Part shown: in pieces, positions 23,620-37,649 of the stretch
Layout of the letters: the number at the start of each line of letters is the position of its first letter
Numbering within the stretch: the stretch's first letter is position 1
Source of the DNA: Octopus sinensis
Taxonomy: Eukaryota
NCBI RefSeq assembly: GCF_006345805.1
Contig: NC_043003.1
Location: forward strand, 8,370,001 to 8,434,000
Direction: 5' to 3'
Length of the DNA: 64,000 nt
Notes under the pieces: model-generated
Databases searched by the model: none
The model's input: only the letters and a program-made list of their open reading frames with translations
What the model was told of the DNA's origin: nothing
Translations under genes and position numbers: made by a program

Positions 23620-24051
23620 TTCACTGGAACAGAGACAGAGTCAAATTACATTACAATAGTTAGTTTCGGTCCGCTTAATTCCGAGTTGGTATCCCGTCGA
23701 GACATTTTTAAACATATCACGACGGATATAATATACAAGAGCGGAATCAAGCGAATATTACTTTGGCTTTAAAGAACTCCCGCTGCGCCTAAGGGAGAAA
23801 TTAATATTAGAAATGAGCTGGCGCGGAATAAGGAGACAGTAATTTAGCAGAAGTTGCTGTCGAAATTATTTATGGAACAACATAGGGATACAGTAATTGT
23901 GATGCTGGTATATTTCAAAGCCTGGGAAGAGTGGTAATGCTTTGTATATTGGCATTTATTTCGAACTGAGTACACTAAACCAACAAATATTTGTTGGCTA
24001 TTGCAATTGTCATTGTCAACATACAATGTTCATATGGCACCAGAACAATAA
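23373..24051 (+). pseudogene. Candidate decayed coding segment after a splice acceptor (phase 2 start)
   Basis: Acceptor TTTTCTTTTAATATTTCGAATAG; one frame of ~226 codons with 6 stops (23470, 23575, 23770, 23845, 23935, ~24049); product not recognised. Confidence 0.35.
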
Positions 24052-24382
24052 TATGTTTTCTGGGGAGAGTCATTTTCTTTTTGTGCCTTATAATGTAACA
24101 CACTCACTGGTAAAATTTCCACTAATTTCTTTATATATATACATAAAGGAAAAGTTTACGAAAATAAACTGTATATATATATATATATATATATATTAGT
24201 GAAGGGAAGAAATGGAGCTGAACGAAGATTCTACAGAATTCCTTCTACACATGTTTCAAAGGCCGCAAATTTCCAAATTCGGATTGAATAAGGAGACCAT
24301 TTTGCAGCATTCTCTTCAGGAAAATCCAGGAATTTAAAAATCCAAAACAAATGCGCAGCAAGGTATTCGAACAAAACGCTCC

Positions 24383-24741
24383 TTTCGTTTTGGGATTTGG
24401 TTTGCAAGATTCTTTATATGAGTTCGTGTGTTGAAGCATTCTGTTGTGTCTGGGGAGAGTAATTTTCTTTTTTGTGCCTTATAATGTAACACACTCACCG
24501 GTAAAATTTCCACTAATTTCTTATTTTTATTTTCTTAAAGCATTTTCGTTGCGTCTTGCAACCTTTTCAATAGTCTTGACTCTTTTAGGAAAATAAAAAT
24601 AAGAAATACGTGGACATTTTAAGGCGGGTGTGTTATATTATAAGTCACAAAAAAGAAAATGACTCTCCCCAGACACAACAGAATATGCTTCAACACACGA
24701 ACTCATATGAAGAATCTTGCAAACCGAATCCAAAAACGAAA
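24383..24741. mobile_element. MITE with ~155-bp terminal inverted repeats
   Basis: TTTCGTTTTGGGATTTGGTTTGCAAGATTC.. pairs with ..GAATCTTGCAAACCGAATCCAAAAACGAAA; partial copies at 24053-24135 and 44237-44470. Confidence 0.8.
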
Positions 24742-24879
24742 AATAATATGTGTATATATCAAAATGATGACATGCATTAAAAGGAACCGTTATAAACAAG
24801 CTGTTTACCGATATCTCAAAAAGTTGATTTTATATCAAAGCTTATAATAATGGAGCTCAAGCAAATACATGTTTCTATA

Positions 24880-25052
24880 TAGGCGCAGGAGTGGCTGTGT
24901 GGTAAGTAGCTTGCTTACCAACCACATGGTTCCGGGTTCATTCCTACTACGTGGTAATTTGGGTAAGTGTCTTCGACTATAGCCTCGGGCCAATCAAAGC
25001 CTTGTGAGTGGATTTAGTAGACGGAAACTGAAAGAAGCCCGTCGTATATATG

Positions 25053-25100
<48 letters not shown>

Positions 25101-25392
25101 CATACATACATACATACACACACACATATGTATATATATATATATATATAATATATATATATGTATGTATGTATGTATGTGTGTATATGTTTGTATGTCT
25201 GTGTTTGTCCCCCCAACATCGCTTGACAACCGATGCTGGTGTGTATACGTTCCCGTAACTTAGCGGTTCGGCAAAATGGACCGATAGAATAAGTCCTAGG
25301 CTTACAAAGAATAAGTCCTGGGGTCGATTTGCTCGGTTAAAGGCGGTGCTCCAGCATGGCCGAAGTCAAATGACTGGAACAATTAAAAGAGT
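24880..25392 (+). mobile_element. SINE family C, full length
   Basis: GGCGCAGGAGTGGCTGTGTGGTAAG head, internal (TA/CATA)n, 3' half. Confidence 0.92.
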
Positions 25393-25849
25393 AACCAAAA
25401 CACTTCCAACCATTCTCCCACCATCCCAGAGGAACTAATTTCTCAACTCTCGCGGAATAATTCAATTAGAAAGTATAAGAGAGTGAAGATTGCGAAGAAA
25501 GAAAGATTTCTTTTCTGGCAATAGTTAGAATCGACTGCATTATTGTCGAACAATATTTTCCTCCATGAAAGCTGACGTCAGCAAGCGTCAAGCTAGTTTT
25601 AATGTTGAAAAGGAGGGTGTATATATTTATCGCTGGACCAGCTGAAGTAGTGGCCCAAATTTACCTCAAATCAGACACTACTGCCTTATGTTGGTAATTT
25701 TGTTGGAGATGAAGGATACTATAACAGGTTTTTGTCTACGTAGGTCCTTACAATCAATGCAGATCAGGTGTTGTACAATAGTTAAATTTACGTGTCGCCA
25801 ACCAGGGAGACAATATTGGCGGATGAAATTTAAAGGCTAGAAAGAGCAA

Positions 25850-26493
25850 ATGTCTGTCTATATATCTGTCTGTCTATCTGCTTGTCTGCCTGTCTGCCTG
25901 TCAGTCTATCTATCTGTCTGTCTGCCTGTTGTCTGTCTGTCTCTCTGCCTGTCAGTCTGTCTATCTATCTGTCTGTCTGTCTGTCTATCTTACAGTCTGC
26001 TTGTCTGTTCATCTATTTATATATCAATCAATCTGTCTGTCTCGCTGGCTGGCTTTTTGCCTACCTACATGTCTACCTATTTATCTATCCATGATGTAAC
26101 TCACTGTATGGCTAAGAAGTTCAATCTCCAATCAAAGAGTGGTGATTTCGATCCCACCGCATGGCCTATTCAGCACATCCCAAATTTTTACGCTCAAACC
26201 GAACCATACGTTTGAAAGTGGTACAAGGAAATCTATAGAGAAGGCGGTCACATGTATTATACCTCTAATTCAAACAGATAAGCTTGTCACAAACTGTGTC
26301 CACTCAGATTTAAATCAAGTATGAAGGTCACTGTGGAATTCTCAGCCACGTACAGTTAATTCAGTTCATTCAACAAACTGAATCTTCATATTCAAAACCG
26401 ACGAAGAACGATCGATCTATCGATCTATTAATCTATTTTCCACCCCTTCTCTAGATATCTATCTGCCGCTTTCACTATCAATCTGCCTGTCTG

Positions 26494-26555
<62 letters not shown>

Positions 26556-26602
26556 ATTCCATTTATCTATCTATCTATGTATCTCTCTATCTACCTATCT
26601 GC

Positions 26603-26679
<77 letters not shown>

Positions 26680-26700
26680 ATTCTATCTATCTATCATTCT
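25850..26700. repeat. (TCTG)n and (TCTA)n microsatellites with interleaved SINE debris
   Basis: Direct inspection. Confidence 0.9.
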
Positions 26701-26761
26701 TTCGATTTACTCTTCCACTTATATATGTACATATATATATTGTATAATATATAATTTATAA

Positions 26762-26797
<36 letters not shown>

Positions 26798-27362
26798 CTA
26801 TGTATCAATGTATTTATGTATCTTACATATGGTAGAGGGAAACAGCTCAAGACAAGTAATTCTTATAGTTATTTTAAGAATAAACAATCAGAGTGTTTAT
26901 TTAGCCGGCTGGTCAATAATTGCCTGGTGTATGGGAACAAATACAACGTACTGAAATTCATCACAGTTATATCATGCATCAAACACATACCACATTTACA
27001 CCATTACAAATACATGCATACATACATACATATATATAGATAGATGTATATATTATATATATATATATATAGATATATATAATATATATATTATATATTA
27101 TAATATCTATATATATATATATATATATATATATCTATATATATATATATATATGGTGTGTGTGTGTATGTACATATGCATTGAAGTAAGTATATAGTAT
27201 GTGTATAGCCAAGCGATATTGCCGTATAATTAGTCTTCAAAATTTCAGAGGAGCATAGAAACCAATATATTTATTGATACTTCGATTAACGTCGAATGAT
27301 AGACACCAAGAATTTGTTGTCAATATTTTATAGAGAACTTCGTCAATTCTATGCGTATTATG

Positions 27363-27398
<36 letters not shown>

Positions 27399-27512
27399 TA
27401 TATATGTGTGTGTGTGTGTGGGTGCGTATGTGTGTAGATGTGTGTGAGTGTGTGATTGTGTGTATGAGTATATGTGCATGTGTATATATAAATAAATATT
27501 TCTCTCTCTCTC

Positions 27513-27552
<40 letters not shown>

Positions 27553-27954
27553 AATATTTATGCATATATATGTGTGTGAGTGTGTGTATATAATATATAA
27601 ACACACAGACATACATACCCACATATATATTTACATATATTCACACACACAGACTCACACATACCCGCGCTCACTTACACACACACACATACGGACGTGT
27701 ATTTGGGGTGTTTGTGTGTGTGTGTGCGTAATAAAGTAAGGTTGGACGAGACTTCAGCGCATTGAATGACCGGGTATTCACCCAGCAACGTGCAAGTTGA
27801 ATAACCGGTGAGGAAAAAATGAAGTCTCATTGAAAACGAATCTTATCATGGAGTTGACATTATTGCCAGTATTGATCCGTTACGTTGCTGAATATTGTTA
27901 TTATTCAGAAAATACCTTTGAAATGACAAACCGAAAATTCTTGCGCATAGGAGT

Positions 27955-28625
27955 GTGTTTGTGTGTGCGTGTGCGTGTGCGTGTGTGTGTGTGTGCGTGT
28001 GTGTGTGTGCATGTGTGTGGGCGCGTATGTGTCCTTGGGGTTGTTTGTGTGTATGTGCGTGTGTGTGTATGTGCGTGCGTGTGTGTGCATGTGTGTGGGC
28101 GCGTATATGTGCTTGGGGTTGTGTGTGTGTATGTGCGTGTGTGTATGTGTGCGTGTGTGTGCATGTGTGTGGGCGCGTATATGTGCTTGGGGTTGTGTGT
28201 GTGTATGTGCGTGCGTGTATGTGTTGTGTGTATGCCCGTGTTTGTGTATGTGTGTGCGTGCATGTGTGTGTACGTGTACGTGTGTATGTGTCTGTGTTCG
28301 TGTGTGCGTGTGTTTGTGTGTGTCTGTGCACGTGTGTGTGTGTCTGTGCACGTGTGTGTGTTGTGTCTGTGCACGTGTGTGTGTGTCTGTGCACGTGTGT
28401 GTGAGAATGTGTGTGTATGCGTGGGTGTGTGTGCGCCTGTGTGTGTGCGTGTGTGCATTTGTGTATGTCTGCTTGCGCTTGTGTGTGTGCGTGTGTATGT
28501 GTGTATATGTTGCTTGTGTGTTCGTATTTGTGTTTGCGTGTGCGTGCGTGAATGTGTGCGTATGCATGTGTGTATGCGTATGTGTGCGTGCGTGTGTGTG
28601 CATGTGTGTGTGTGTGTGTTTATGA
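27955..28625. repeat. Cryptic (GT)-rich satellite with internal higher-order repeats
   Basis: Repeated GTGTGTGGGCGCGTATATGTGCTTGGGGTTG and GTCTGTGCACGTGTGT units. Confidence 0.9.
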
Positions 28626-28983
28626 ATAGGAGCAGGTACGGCACTGTGGTAAGTAGCTTGCTTCCCAAACACATGGTTCAGGGTTTTGTTCACTGTGTGA
28701 CACCTTGGGCACGTGTCTTCTAACAAACATTGGGAGTGGTTTTGATAGGCGGATATTAAAAGAATTATATACTTTTTATTTTATTATTTCGTACATTACT
28801 TAATCATTGGTATATGTTTTTATCTTATATTTATTTATTTTTTTTTTGCATGGTATAATTTAATTATTTCATTGTTGAATTGATAAAAGGTGTGTTTTTT
28901 CTAATTTTTATACATATATTTTGTGAAATTTGATTTAGTATTACTAAATGGAATTTTTCTCTGTAAGTTTGAAATAATATTCC

Positions 28984-29017
<34 letters not shown>

Positions 29018-29019
29018 GG

Positions 29020-29091
<72 letters not shown>

Positions 29092-29199
29092 ATATATATT
29101 ATATATATGCATGTATGTATATATGTATGCATATATGCATGCGTGTATGTATTATGTGTATGTAGATAAAAATTTGCTATTTGTATCTACGAAGACCAA

Positions 29200-29445
29200 G
29201 AAGAAATCATGCAGTAATAAACTGTGCGAAGCAGAATATATTTTACAAGATACCTCTCGAAATCACCTGAGGAGACACATCTACACCGAGAGATACACCC
29301 AAAGCATTAGTGAAGTTTCCCACCCATGAGTGATCGTTGCTACATGGGTCAAAACGATGGCATTGATCAGTGGAGATTCTCATATCTTCCATCTTCCGTC
29401 TCTCCCATGAACTTCATGCCCAGCGAACACTAAAACAGTGAACGT
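29200..29445 (-). mobile_element. Possible degenerate RTE LINE 3' fragment
   Basis: Minus-strand RWA(G)HEVHGRDGRWK resembles the RTE RWAGHV..R..D.RW motif; frameshifted. Confidence 0.3.
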
Positions 29446-29546
29446 GCGTTGCTTTCCTGGCAAACTACCAGGTGTATAGCATAATATTTATTAACTACTA
29501 ACAATAAACACACACGTACACAAAATACCATATATATATATATAGA

Positions 29547-29618
<72 letters not shown>

Positions 29619-29897
29619 AAAGGGAATAACAGACGATGGATAAATGTCATTTCATTACACCTGTTTCTAACGCATTTTAAATAGATGAATGTGTAAATTG
29701 CAAAAAACTGTATTCAACAAATGATACATATAATTTCAAAACTATATAAGAACACTCCATGAATGCAATGGGAACATGCCTAACGCCTAGTCGGAGCTGA
29801 CTAGGAATGGAAGAAAAACAAACTATAGGAAATAATGACTGTTAGAAGGGTGGAAATACATTTAAGGATTTAGTTAGTGAGTAGTGATAATATGATA

Positions 29898-31209
29898 CAG
29901 GGTGGGGCTGATAGAACGGACGTTTTTGAAATGGCTATCATTCATCCTTAGGGACATGTACATATGACCGACAGGTACCATTCGGTCCGTGGTATCTTAG
30001 CATTTTGGTGAAGCCATGGCGCTGTGAACGATAGAGTATCGCGTGTTTGTCTACTATATTTACGTGAAGAATAATGAGACTGTGACAGGAGTTCAGCGTG
30101 AGCTTCGCCGCCACTTCAACATTCACCGAAATCAAGCTGTTCCCACCCGTAACACAATCTTACGTTGGTTGAATGCACTTCATACACGAGGTACACTAAT
30201 AAATAGGAGATTAGTTGGGGCGCCACGAACGGTACGGGGCCCGGAAAATATGAAACGCGTCAGACAACCTTTGATACAGAGTCCGAATCGTTCTGATTGG
30301 CAGCATTCCACTGAACCTGACTTCGGTAATCGATCGGTAAGCCGTATTTTGCATCAAGACCTGTATTTCCACAAGTATGAATTGGTCATTGGGCAATAGT
30401 TGAAACCATGTGACTATGCACAGCGGCTTAACTTCGCACGTCAAATGGAAGCAATTTTTGAGGCAAATGACAACTTCATTTTGTTAATGAGTGATGAAGA
30501 TCATTTTCGTTTCAATGGCATGGTGAATCAACAAAACTGTCATTATTGAGCTCTTGAAAATGCGAGAGAACCGCATGAAAGACCACTGCACCGCCCAAAG
30601 TGACGGTCTGGTGTGCTGTTGGGAAAGCTGCTGTCATTGGTCCTTCCCTTTTTGAAGTACATAATGGAAATGCTGTTACTGCAAACTCCGAGCGTTACGT
30701 TGAGATGATAGACAACTTCTTTGAGGTTGAATTACGACGAAAACGTGTGCTTTTTCGACGTGTGTGGTTTCAGCAGGGTGAGGCGTCGGCCCACACAGCC
30801 TGAGCATCAATGGATGTTTTTCGCCCTTTCTTCGGTGGCCCCCTCATTTCCAGGTTTGCTGACATTCCTAGGCGCCTTTGGTCCCTGATTTGTCCTGGTA
30901 TGATTATTTCCGGTGAAGGAACCTCAAGGCACGTGTGTATGCGCATAAGCACCGTACATTGGACGATTTGAAGAAAGTTATTCGTGTGGAAGTCGCCCAA
31001 ATCGACAGAACAATGCGGGAGAGATTGCAGGCTAGCTGCATAAATGCATCAGTCAAACGGACACCACATGATGGGTGTTGTTTTCCGCACTTAATTTTGA
31101 CAAATGCTAATTCAATACAAACACATTGATGTCAATAAAATTTGTTTGTACCTAAACTTAATGATTTTCTGAAATGTTCAAAAACGTCCGTTCTCTCTGC
31201 CCCACCCTG
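29898..31209 (+). mobile_element. Full-length (1312 bp) decayed Tc1/mariner DNA transposon
   Basis: TIRs CAGGGTGGGGCTGATAGAACGGACGTTTTTGAA / TTCAAAAACGTCCGTTCTCTCTGCCCCACCCTG, TA duplication both sides; transposase remnants (VQRELRRHFNI HTH, LMSDEDHF..NGMVNQQN, VTVWCAV, WFQQGEASAHTA) with stops. Confidence 0.95.
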
Positions 31210-31599
31210 TATTTATAGCCACTTTTATGATGTAATGTACTCGTTCACCTATTAAGGGTAAGAAACAGCTGTAATGAACTGACATTTATCCCTCGTCTGT
31301 TATTATTTATATGCTTATAATACACCAAAGGGATTCACGACACGTGAGACATCCTGGAGTATACTAAACAACGTATGATCAATACAACGTGTGTTCTAGA
31401 CCAGCCCCTAGGCGCTAAATACTCGCAGGGGTGGACGTTTCTCTGTTTGCACAACCTGAATATTTTACGGGTTACTTATTCCAGTAAAGGTGGTGATCAA
31501 AGGTGAACTCAACCCTATTTGATGCATATCATTCATGTACTCGATTGTCTCAAGAATCCTTATTCTTATTCTTATTCATATTATTAATATTAATTTTAT

Positions 31600-31601
31600 C
31601 A

Positions 31602-31645
<44 letters not shown>

Positions 31646-31895
31646 CATTATTATTATTATTATTATTATCATAATCATCATCATCATCATCATCATCATA
31701 ATCATAATCATCCTCATTAGTATACACACTCGCAAGACTTTGATCGGCCACACACACACATCCACACATGCAAGACTTTTTCGATCCGAAGGTATTGCAG
31801 AAGACACTTCCTAAGGTACCATGCAGTGGGACTGAACCCGCAACCAAGTAGTTGACTGGCAAATTTCTTATTACACAACCACTCCTGCACCTAAG
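31600..31895 (-). mobile_element. (ATT)n/(ATC)n tract followed by SINE family C 5' half
   Basis: Trinucleotide run 31600-31715; GCAGTGGGACTGAACCCG..CAACCACTCCTGCACCTA. Confidence 0.75.
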
Positions 31896-33110
31896 TGCAT
31901 TCATGCATTTTTTTGTCTACATGTCTGTTTGATCGTATACATATTTGTGTAAATATTTACTTCTTTCAAAATTCTATTGTTTTTTTTTTGTTTTTTTTTT
32001 AATGTTGTGTGCCTTTATATACCACAATCTTTTATACGAAGAATAACAATATCGATAATATAGTACCTGAATGTATACTAAGGATGATGCGATCGACTAA
32101 TGACTGGAAGGCGTTCACCCAGCACGGCTGTAGTCTAATGACCGAAATTAATAAAAATTGAAATAATCTATGTACGTATGTCGGTGAATCTGTATATGTA
32201 TGTGTATATGAATTATGTACGTATGTATGCTTGCATGTATGTATATATCTATCTATCTATCTATCTAACTATATCTATACATATATAGACACATACATAT
32301 ATATGTGCATCCATTGTTTTGTGTGTGTGTGGTATATGTGTATGTATATTTATGCACACCTACGCCGACAGATACAACCAACCGACGCATGTAACAAATA
32401 ACCGCGTAAAAATACTTAGAGAAAGGTGTGTTTATATATCTGCACTTGTTTACATGAATACATGAATTTACAGTACGGATATAAACTACCACCAGCCCAC
32501 TTACTTCGAGACGTAAACGTAATTTAGTATATTGATTACCCTATAAAAATATATTGCCTTCGTTCTCGGCGATTCTATTTTGAATATTATTAATATTACT
32601 TGAAAAACAGCAGCCTCTTGAATCAATAAGGATCTGGTTTGTTTGCCAGAATGTCAATGATTCTCATAACATCTTGAATGCTCTGAAGTAGTATGTTTCC
32701 CTTTTAATTTATTGACTGAATGTACATCGCAGTCCACTGTATAGAACAGACCTTTGGGGTGAATGTGCTTCTTGTTGTTTAGCTACAGGTCAGCCTTAGA
32801 TGAACACACCTACGTTAGAAAGCAACCGGTTCGTGTAGATTGTTTGTAATTCATATATGCTTGTATTATATCTTTATGTATATGTATTAATGTATATAGT
32901 AATAAAAGAACGTCAAAGAACCGAGTTAGCAAACTGCATGCATTGTTTGGTTTAGAAAGTTTCATTGGTTTCAATTAAACCCAGATTGTGTCATAGCGTT
33001 CTCTTGTCAACAAGCGGTTTATGTTGGAATTTACGAAAAACAAAAGACGAAGACAGGTGTGTAAACAACAAACAGGTGTATTAGTTTAACGCTCGGGAAG
33101 GTGGGAAAGT

Positions 33111-33146
33111 CTTTTACGTTTCGAGCCTACGCTCTTCAACAGAAAG
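33111..33146 (-). ncRNA. Minimal type I HHR variant (CUGUUGA core) in pLTR-like repeat copy 2 (33030-33190)
   Basis: CTTT-CTGTTGA-A-GAGC.GTAG.GCTC-GAAA-CGT-A-AAAG. Confidence 0.6.
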
Positions 33147-33519
33147 GAACACGAGAAAATAAACAGAGAGAGAATAAGAAAATAACTCTTTAGTAGATAG
33201 CGGTCAATTATACGATATATATAGATATATATATACATATTATATATATATATATATACAGTAGCAGTTATAATTCGCGTGTTTTATATATGTATATACA
33301 TATATGCTACAAAAACAGCCAACAACTGATGAACGGTCGTCCTTTATGCTGGTTGTTTTGTTTTCCATTTGTGTCTGTCATAGTTCGAAAGAATAGTTCA
33401 TGTTCTACGTGGTCGTGCTTCGTATTTTCTTCTTGTACACACGTTTCATGACGTTCTATTCCCACATATGCTTATATATATATATACATATTGACGTACG
33501 TACATATACGTATGTATGC

Positions 33520-33556
<37 letters not shown>

Positions 33557-33646
33557 GGTGGTGTGTGTGTGTGTGTATGTATGTATATATATATTATATA
33601 TAATATAAAGTATATATATATACATACATACATACATACTACATAC

Positions 33647-33701
<55 letters not shown>

Positions 33702-34638
33702 GTGCGTGCGTGTGTTCAGAATTACAGAGAAGATAGAATTCCTTGCCTTTTCATAAGGGATAGAATAAACGTAACAGCACAGGGCTTAGTAAATTAATTT
33801 GGGATCTAAAAGACCACAATAAACAGTTTAATTTAGATTGGTTGATTCTCTCAATCTCAATATCTTATGACAAAGGCGAGGAATTCTGTCTTCTCTGTAA
33901 TTCTGAACTATTTTTTATTATTTTTTTTTCTAAGCATCCCCTTGTAAACACGGTTATAGAGCGTGAATACCGATGTAAACATTGGCAAAAACACACCTTT
34001 AGTTCATATAAGTGATTTCTATCATTATATATAATTTAAATATTAATTTTCTTTTCACATTTCACATTCACTAGATATATATATATATTTCCTAGTCTAT
34101 AAGGTTTTATTTAATATACATATAGTCATATACTTCTCATTTATTTAGTTTTTCTTAACTTTATCCCTCCTCTTTCTATAGGCTACCTCTGACGTTATAT
34201 CATATAGCGCTTTTTTTTTAAACAATTTTAATAGCGTCCAGTTAATCACTATACATATCCATCATTTTCTGTTAAAATGTCTTATTGACGAGTTTCATAT
34301 CTTCACTTTCCTGAAGAAAAGATTACATTGTTTTACACCATTTTATTCCTTCGGAATAATATCAGTGAAATCTTCGAAACAACTGCGTTAAACTCCATTT
34401 ACATATATATATATATTGGCCTGCTCGCCTAGCTAGAGGGGTGGCGTCATTCGAAGGCTAAAACAATGCGAACGCATTGTGACCAGCGATGTGTAGTGAC
34501 ATCTGATGGTCTGGTCGGTCACGTGATATATTATATATATGTGTGCGTGTGTATGTGTGTATGTGTGTATATGTGTGTATGTATGTGTATATATATATAT
34601 TTATATATGTATGTATATATATATGTATATATATACAT

Positions 34639-34671
<33 letters not shown>

Positions 34672-34682
34672 ATATATATACT

Positions 34683-34897
34683 CTTTACTCTCTTTTACTT
34701 GTTTTAGTCATTTGACTGCGGCCATGCTGGAGCACCACCTTTAGTCGAGCAAATCGACCCCGGGACTTATTCTTTGTAATCCTAGTACTTATTCTATCGG
34801 TCTCTTTTTGCCGAACCGCTAAGTGACGGGGACGTAAACATACCAGCATCGGTTGTCAAGCGATGGTGGGGGGACAAACACAGACACACAAACATAT

Positions 34898-34928
<31 letters not shown>

Positions 34929-35088
34929 CGACAGGCTTCTTTCAGTTTCCGTCTACCAAATCCACTCACAAGGCATTGGTCGGCCCGAGGCTATAGCAGA
35001 AGACACTTGCCCAATATGCCACGCAGTGGGACTGAACCGGAACCACGTGGCTGGTAAGCAAGCTACCTACCACACAGCCACTCCTGCG

Positions 35089-35093
<5 letters not shown>
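34683..35093 (-). mobile_element. SINE family C, full length
   Basis: Close to family consensus; (AGAGTAAA) tail. Confidence 0.93.
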
Positions 35094-35136
<43 letters not shown>

Positions 35137-35649
35137 ATATTATAATATATAATATATATATATATTATATATATAGTCTTTGTTGTTTGGAGGAATTTGG
35201 TTGATATTTCTAGAGATTATTGAAACATGTACAGCCCCCCCCCCCACTTTTATGTGCTCGTTTGCAAAGATTGCGCTACCGCCATCTTCTTCCCCGGCTT
35301 CGGCTGCTAAACCAAAAACCTTTCGTTAAATCAGTACGGGAACATAATTTCCTTGGTAGTTTCTTGATTAGTTGTATGGTTTTACAAAAGTAATTATAAT
35401 TGAAGCACACGAATAAGATACTGAGGTAAATTTGATTTAGGAAGAAATCTGATCAAACGAAATCATTATAATTAGGGTGTACTAAAGAAAAATGAAAATA
35501 CATAACATCAAAGAGAGTTATTTCTGATTTAGAAAATGAAATCGCATTCATTCAGTCGCCATTAACACTACACTAATGGCATTACATGCAATTTTTACTT
35601 CCCCCTACCATTTCATTGCTTTCTTTATCTTACTTCAAATATGAATATA

Positions 35650-35696
35650 TATATATGGATATAAAAAGGACGTACATACAAACACACATACATAAC

Positions 35697-35750
<54 letters not shown>

Positions 35751-36196
35751 ATATACACATATATATAAATATATATATATATTATATATATATATATATA
35801 TATACATATAATATACACACACATACGTGGATATACATATATATTATAAATATATATACATATATATATCACACACACATACGTTGATATACATATATAT
35901 ATAAATATATATATACATATAATATATATATATACACACACACATGCAAGGATATACATATATATAATAAATATATATATATATAAAAGACGTACATGCA
36001 TCCACACATATATACATACACATATATACAAGTATATATACATATATAAGTATATATACAGCCACACACACACATACATGGATATACATATATACATATA
36101 TATATATATAGAGAGAGAGAGCGAGAGAGAGAGAGATTTACATAGGTATAGATGCATATATATATATAATGTAGATACAGATACATATACTCACAC

Positions 36197-36265
<69 letters not shown>

Positions 36266-36530
36266 CATATGTGTATGTAAGTAGATACAGTTACATATAC
36301 TCAAATACACACACTTTACATTTATGTATTTACATATAGAATATACATATATGTATGTGTATGCATGTATGTGCACATATACATATGTATGCATGTGTGA
36401 GTTGGTGTGTATAGATATATATGTGTGTGTACGTATGTGTGTGTGTATGTATGTTTGTGTGTGTGTGTGTGTTTTTGTGTGTGTGTTATGTGTGTGCGTG
36501 TGTATGCGTAGTTGTATTTATGAAAGACAG
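35650..36530. repeat. Complex (TA)/(CA)/(GA)/(TG) microsatellite field
   Basis: Direct inspection. Confidence 0.9.
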
Positions 36531-36824
36531 GGAAAATGAACGCCAGTGCAGGTAATTGAGTTAATGCCTGTATTCGAAGCGGAAATTTCGTTCCTTTCAG
36601 TTTAACGCGTCCGTTTTTTTTTTAACAGCAGATGAAAACCACAAATAATTATGAGCAAGCAACACCCTCAAAATATTCACTGGTATTTCTGCAAAAACTA
36701 GGATATTGTTTGGAGTATACAGAAAACCATGAAATACATAATTTGTGAGGAAATTATTTTTCATCAAAGCGTTTTTTGTTGTTGAAAGGGTGTAATATCT
36801 AAATAGGCATTACTGATGGTGCCC

Positions 36825-37025
36825 AAGGCAGCGAGCAGGCAGAATCGTTTGCAAGCCAGATGATATGCTTAGCTGCATTTCGTCTGCTGCTACATTCTGA
36901 GTTCAAATTTTGCGGGTGTCGATTTTGCCTTTCATCCTTAGGGCAGTGAAAAATTGGGGTCGATGTAATCGACTAGTTCCCTCCCCACAAGTTTCAAGCC
37001 TTGTGCCTATAGTATAAACGGTTAT
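36825..37025 (+). mobile_element. SINE family B variant with target-site duplication
   Basis: Flanked by TTACTGATGGTGCC / TTATTGATGGTGCC. Confidence 0.8.
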
Positions 37026-37438
37026 TGATGGTGCCGTTGTACGAGAAAATTGCATTCATGATGAAAGAATTGTCCTTTTTCTGAATTGAGAATTATTACC
37101 TACTATTTTATCTTTACAGCGACAAGCGAACGTAATCTAAAAAGATATACATAGAATTGCTAACGGAATGCGCCAAAGAGACTACGTGTATATATATATA
37201 TGTTTGTATATATGTCTGTGTGTGTGTGTGTGTTTGTACCCGCAGCATCGCTTGACAACTGATGCTGGTGTGTTTGCGTCTCCGTAACCTAGCGGGTCGG
37301 CAAAAGACCTCCATAGAATAAGTACTAGGCTTATAAAAGAATATGTCCTGGGGTCGGTTTGCTCGACTAAATGCGGCATTCCAGCATGGCCGTGGTCAAA
37401 TGACTGAAACAAGTAAGAGAATAAAAGAATATATATAC

Positions 37439-37469
<31 letters not shown>

Positions 37470-37649
37470 CATGTTATTCGTCCAATAATTATTTATAACG
37501 CGCGGTCTGGGAATCGAAACCGCGAACCTACGACCGCCAGTTCGCTGCACAAACCACTGGGCCATTGCGCCCCCCGTATGTATGTGTGTGTGTATTGATA
37601 TTTTTGTAATTTTTTTCTTTGTTTTCCTTGCTTATTTGTACTAACTACT

